This document shows, piece after piece, positions 60,761 to 64,000 of a stretch of 64,000 bases of DNA. The translations under genes and the position numbers were made by a program. Position 1 is the stretch's first letter; each line of letters starts with the position of its first letter. The DNA is from Thraustochytrium aureum (Eukaryota), in the NCBI GenBank assembly GCA_012862495.1, contig BLSG01000343.1, positions 59,984-123,983 on the forward strand. Reading direction: 5' to 3'. The notes beneath the pieces were generated by a model that made no database searches, was not told the DNA's origin, and saw only the letters and a program-made list of their open reading frames with translations.

Positions 60761-63700
60761 ATGGATGTTAAATTCGCCAAGTGCAAGGCCGTGTTCGAAG
60801 ATGCAGTGAGCAAGCTCGAAGGGCTGGACAAAATCAAAGCAGAGTTTGAGAAACTGTACCAAGCGCTCGAGAAGAGCAGCGAGTCGAACGCGCGGCTGCA
60901 AAAGAAGACAGCAGACCTGGAAACGGAGATTCTCCTCCAGCAAGAGAAGGTGGCGAAAAGCAAGTCTGACGATGACGCTCTGCAGCACACGCGAAAGGCG
61001 GTCAAGGAAGAGATCGAGAGGAACGGTCGAAAGATCCAGGAGCAGCGCATCCTTCAGCGCAACAAGCAAGACAGGATTACCGAAGTGAAGCAAGAGATTG
61101 CCGCCCTCGACCGGCAGATGCAGTCCGGAAACGGGTGGACGCAAGAGCAGGAGAAGGCTCTGTCGCAGCTGCGAAAACGCGAGGCCGACCTGTCGCACCT
61201 GCTCGAGCAGCGGCTTACCAGCTTGCAAGTGAGTCGATCGGACGTCGAGCTTCTCACGGGCAACTTACGGGCGGTGGAGGCGCGGAAGGTCGAGCTAGAG
61301 GCCGAGCTGGCCGGGATTCAGAGCCAGGTGGACGAAAACGAGGCAGCCTGCAAGAAAGCCCAAATGCGACGCGACAGAGTCGACAACGATCTTCGCGCCC
61401 TCAAAGCCAATGTAGAGAGGTTTCAGCTCGAGCTCGCTGAGAAAGACCGTGTCATGGAGGCCGGCGAGGAGGAGCTCGCAGCGCTAGACCAGCGCGTCAA
61501 GAATGCCAAGCAAAAGATGCAGGCCTACCTCAAACAGTATGACGAGCTGTTCCAGGAGACGCACAAGCTTACTGAGGAGCTCGAAGACCAGACCCGCGTC
61601 AACGAGCACCTCACTGAGGTCGTCGGTGAGCGCGAGGCCGCGATTGAAGCCTTAGAGCGCGAGAAGAAGGTGTGCCTCCGCGAATCGAAAACGCTGCAGG
61701 CGCAGATCGAGCACGCGCAAAAGCGCATCGCTGAGGTCGAGGAAGCCAAGTCGAAGGCCGAGGCCGAGCGGCTGGTGGTCCGCGAGCGCTCGCGCGTCAG
61801 TGAGCACGAGATCGCGACGGCTCGCAAGCAGAACGACTCGTTGCAGCGCCAGGTCGACGACCTCGTCAAGGAGCGCGAGATTCTTAACAAAACGCTCGTC
61901 AAAGCCGAGGAGCGCACCAAGCAGGTCCACGACCTTATCGCGGTGTACGGCAACTCGCGAAAGAACCTCGAAAACGAAATCCAGGGCTACAAGACCGACG
62001 CAATCCGCGAGCGGCAGGCCATTGAGACGCTCGAAGAGGAGGTCCAAAAGTACGAGAAGCAGCTCAATATGGAGACGCAAACGTACCTGAACACCCTCGA
62101 GGAGGTCAAGATGGCCGACGCGCGAATCATCGAGCTGCAGAAAAGATACAAGAGGGCGAAACAAAACTCAAGCAGCAGGCCAACCTCTACGAGGCGGTTC
62201 GGAGTGACCGCAACCTGTATTCAAAAACCTCCTTGACGCGCAGGAGGATATTTCTGAGATGCGCCGTAAGTTAACTCTGACTGCACGCTTTGCGCGTGTG
62301 GAAAGGTGGGCGGGCAGAGCCGCTTGGCTTGGCTCGGCTCGGCTTGGCTCGGCCCGGCTCGGCTTGGCTCGGTTCGGCTCGGCTCGGCTTGGCTCGGCGG
62401 ATCGCACATGCGCTCACTTACAGTATGCAATCACTTGTGCTTTGCACGCGCAGGCAAGTTCAAGATCATGAATCACCAAATCACGACGCTCAAAGACGAA
62501 ATCACCGGCAAGGACCACAGCCTCGTAAAGGAGCACTTTGACCATCACAAAGTCGAAAAGGAGAGGGAGATCCTCAAAAACGAGTTGACCAAACTCCAGA
62601 AGCAAACTCTCTCTTCGGAGCAGATAATCGCCAGCCAGCAGGCCGAGCTCGTCAAGCTCACGCAGATCATGCACGGTAAGTTTTGGCTTCCCTCGTGGCT
62701 TCTTGAGACGGCCCAATCGCAAGCCGAGTGGGAGCCGACCTGACAGATTCCTCGCCTTGTGCTGCGCAACATCCACTTAGATGCCGAGGAGGAGCAATCT
62801 CGCCAAAGGAAGGAGTTTGGCAACATCGTCTCAGAGCGCGACCTTCTCGGAAGTCAGCTTATCCGCCGCAACGAGGAGCTGGCCAGCTTGTACGAGCGGA
62901 TCAAGGTCCAGATGAGCGCGCTTCGCAAGGGCCAAGCCCAATACAACGAGATTGTCAAGCACCTGGCAAGTATGCGCAAGACTGCCATGGCGCTCAGAGA
63001 GGAGCGCCAAAAAGTCGACGACCAGGTTTCTGCTATCCCCGAGCTCGACGCGGAGCGGATTCAGCTTGAGCGTGAGATTGCCCAAGAAAAAAGCAAGATC
63101 AAGGCGTTGAGCGACGAGATGGAGCGCCCTCTGAACGTGCACCGGTGGCGCAAACTAGAGAGCAGCGACCCGCAGCGCTTCGCTCTTATCCGAAAGATAC
63201 AAGGCATGCAAGTCAAGCTGATCAAGAAGACGGAGGAGGTCGCGGTGAAGACGCAGCAGATAGAGGAGCAAGAGAAGCTGTACGTGGAGCTCAAGAACGT
63301 TCTAGCCCGCCAACCAGGGCCAGAGGTGGCAGAGCAGCTCGCCATGTACCAGCAAAACCTCAAAGACAAGCACCGCCAGATCAAGGAGATGGAGGCCCAG
63401 CTCGCCGCTAGCCGAGCGCAGGTGAACGAGCTCAAGTTTGAGATCGACTCGCTCAACCAAGAGGGCGCGAATCTGAAAAGCAAGTATATTGCGCGCAAGC
63501 GCCAAGAGCTCATGCAAGCGCAGCATAACAACAACGACGACGAATCGAGCGACGATGAATCGAGCGACAGTGACAGTGACAGTGATAGCAGCAGCAGCAG
63601 CAGCAGCAGCAGCAGCTCGTCGAGGAACGGCAACGCAGCACGGCCAGCGGTGAAGCGAAGGGCAGAGGCAGATTCTGAGAGCGAGGACGAGAGCGGCGCC

Positions 63701-63808
63701 CAGGTACTTCGCAAGGGCAGTGCACACCGTTCAGTCGACGTGTCGGCTGCGGGGGTCGAGGTCGTCGCGAACTCGGTCGACCTCGGCTCGGAGTCTATGG
63801 ACGTCTAA
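60761..63808 (+). CDS. CFAP58: Cilia- and flagella-associated protein 58 (CCDC147)
   Basis: Long coiled coil with 'EFEKLYQALEKS', 'KFKIMNHQITTLKDEI', 'ERDLLGSQLIRRNEEL', 'RPLNVHRWRKLESSDP', 'LYVELKNVLARQPGPEVAEQL'. Two introns, two A-run frameshifts (~62145, ~62227) and an S/D-rich tail. Confidence 0.92.
62266..62453 (+). other. Intron 1 of CFAP58 (188 nt) containing a (GGCTC/GGCTT)n pentamer repeat
   Basis: GTAAGT...GCAG; splicing gives 'EMR|RKFKIMNHQ'. The repeat is at ~62322-62398. Confidence 0.85.
62676..62780 (+). other. Intron 2 of CFAP58 (105 nt)
   Basis: GTAAGT...CTGAC...TTAG; splicing gives 'IMH|DAEEEQ'. Confidence 0.85.
63525..63617 (+). repeat. Coding microsatellites (AAC/GAC)n, (GACAGT)n and (AGC)n
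   Basis: Encodes NNNDDESSDDESSDSDSDSDSSSSSSSSSS in the CFAP58 tail. Confidence 0.85.
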
Positions 63809-64000
63809 TTTGTAGAATCAGAACGTGTCTGCGACTTTTTCCCGACCTGTCTGGCCAAGGCAGAGCAGAGCCAGCTTCGCAACTTGACGCGATGACGGCG
63901 GCGAGAGGCGACCTTGCCGCGGGCTGCCTTGACAGGACGATGAGATAATTTACGAGCGCTGGCTTCGTCTTCTTTTTCTTTTTTCTGAAGCGAGCTCTGG

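Noticed and set aside
77..63808. Widespread pseudogenisation or programmed frameshifting
   Set aside because: Frameshifts hit nearly every gene, including conserved ones (CFAP58, RGP1, VPS13), and those I traced fall in homopolymer runs (e.g. A-runs at ~62145 and ~62227). Sequencing error is the simpler explanation.

Overview
GC-rich, gene-dense, intron-poor eukaryotic DNA from a gapped draft assembly. It is most likely a flagellated protist; a stramenopile such as a thraustochytrid is my inference. Most long genes are broken by single-base indels, several in homopolymer runs, which look like sequencing errors. Host genes, in order: a Pumilio/PUF protein, a ketohexokinase-like PfkB kinase, a four-repeat (CNGK-like) cyclic-nucleotide-domain K+ channel, a SMYD-like SET protein, a ~17-kb VPS13-family gene, a possible FIRRM/C1orf112-like protein, a cytochrome b5/b5-reductase fusion, a Nudix hydrolase, RGP1, a tandem cNMP-binding protein, a large multi-GAF coiled-coil protein and CFAP58. 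The standout is a ~4.5-kb, less GC-rich DNA transposon at ~31991-36502 with TA-CCCTCAC...GTGAGGG-TA ends. Its single protein is a piggyBac-type DDD transposase with a YqaJ/lambda-exonuclease-like PD-(D/E)XK nuclease, itself interrupted by a SAP-like segment, inserted between the 2nd and 3rd catalytic aspartates. The 3rd Asp is hidden from the ORF track by a compensating pair of frameshifts. All assignments come from reading motifs by eye; no database search was run.
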